Shown: one piece after another, positions 63,252-64,000 of the stretch
Numbering within the stretch: position 1 is the stretch's first letter
How the letters are laid out: each line of letters begins with the position of its first letter
NCBI GenBank assembly: GCA_053919585.1
Contig: CM132809.1
DNA: 64,000 nt
Reading direction: 5' to 3' (one strand)
From: Euprymna scolopes
Taxonomy: Eukaryota
Notes under the pieces: generated by a model
Databases searched by the model: none
What the model was told of the DNA's origin: nothing
Seen by the model: only the letters and a program-made list of their open reading frames with translations
Made by a program: the position numbers and the translations under genes

Positions 63252-64000
63252 CATTTACATAAACACATGTACATATAATTACACATACATACACATATAT
63301 GTGGGTGAGCGTAATATTAGAGATTCGCTTATTCTTTTAGAACAATTATTCCAAAGTTATGAGGGGGTTTTCTTATATAAAATATTTCATTTCGTTAAAA
63401 ATGTAAAGAGATCCTCCGTACTTGATCACAAAACTGTATCAAAAACAATACGTTTTGTAATTAAGAGCAGAGCAACGCTTGAAATATATAAAAAAATAAC
63501 TACTACCAAAATGAAATACGTTTCAATGTTTCGAACANNNNNNNNNNNNNNNNNNNNNNNNNNNNNNNNNNNNNNNNNNNNNNNNNNNNNNNNNNNNNNN
63601 NNNNNNNNNNNNNNNNNNNNNNNNNNNNNNNNNNNNNNNNNNNNNNNNNNNNNNNNNNNNNNNNNNNNNNNNNNNNNNNNNNNNNNNNNNNNNNNNNNNN
63701 NNNNNNNNNACTGGGTTCAAAAACAGCCAACAGTAAATGGACTCTGATTTATGAAAATATGATAGGTTATAAAAAGGAAGGGTTGTAAAGAGATAGCTTC
63801 GAATTTGGGGGTGTCAAACAAAAGCAAAATATGATAAAAGTAAAAATCAAATAAATGCACCCCATAATTTATTATACCATACGTGTTCACACTGAAACAC
63901 TTTTCACAATATTCTGTGGATCGCTATTAAAAAAACACGTTGTAAAACTTTGTGACATATTTCCATTCTATGGATGTCAGGCGCGAACGAACATCCCATA

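Noticed and set aside
2576-63747. Numerous ORFs rich in YI, HT, CV or X
   Set aside because: They are translations of (TA)n, (CA)n/(TG)n tracts or N-gaps, not genes.

Overview
AT-rich eukaryotic (probably invertebrate animal) genomic DNA made up almost entirely of repeats, with about 15 N-gaps and many (TA)n/(CA)n tracts. No host protein-coding gene can be supported, and most ORFs in the supplied track are microsatellite or gap artefacts. The window holds two near full-length decayed RTE-clade LINEs and one 5'-truncated copy, two CR1/L2-like LINE relics, a Tc1 (DD34E) transposon with inverted ends, several non-autonomous Helitron-like elements, two 5S rRNA-derived SINE heads and at least four Penelope-like element (PLE) insertions with inverted terminal copies, including a young 5.2-kb palindrome. 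The most notable signal is an RNA layer: several type I hammerhead ribozyme (HHR) motifs. Three of them (a fourth weakly) lie directly downstream of tRNA-like Pol III A/B-box heads that differ in sequence. This suggests a class of small Pol III-driven, self-cleaving, possibly PLE-mobilised elements. All structures were folded by eye; no database search or folding program was run.
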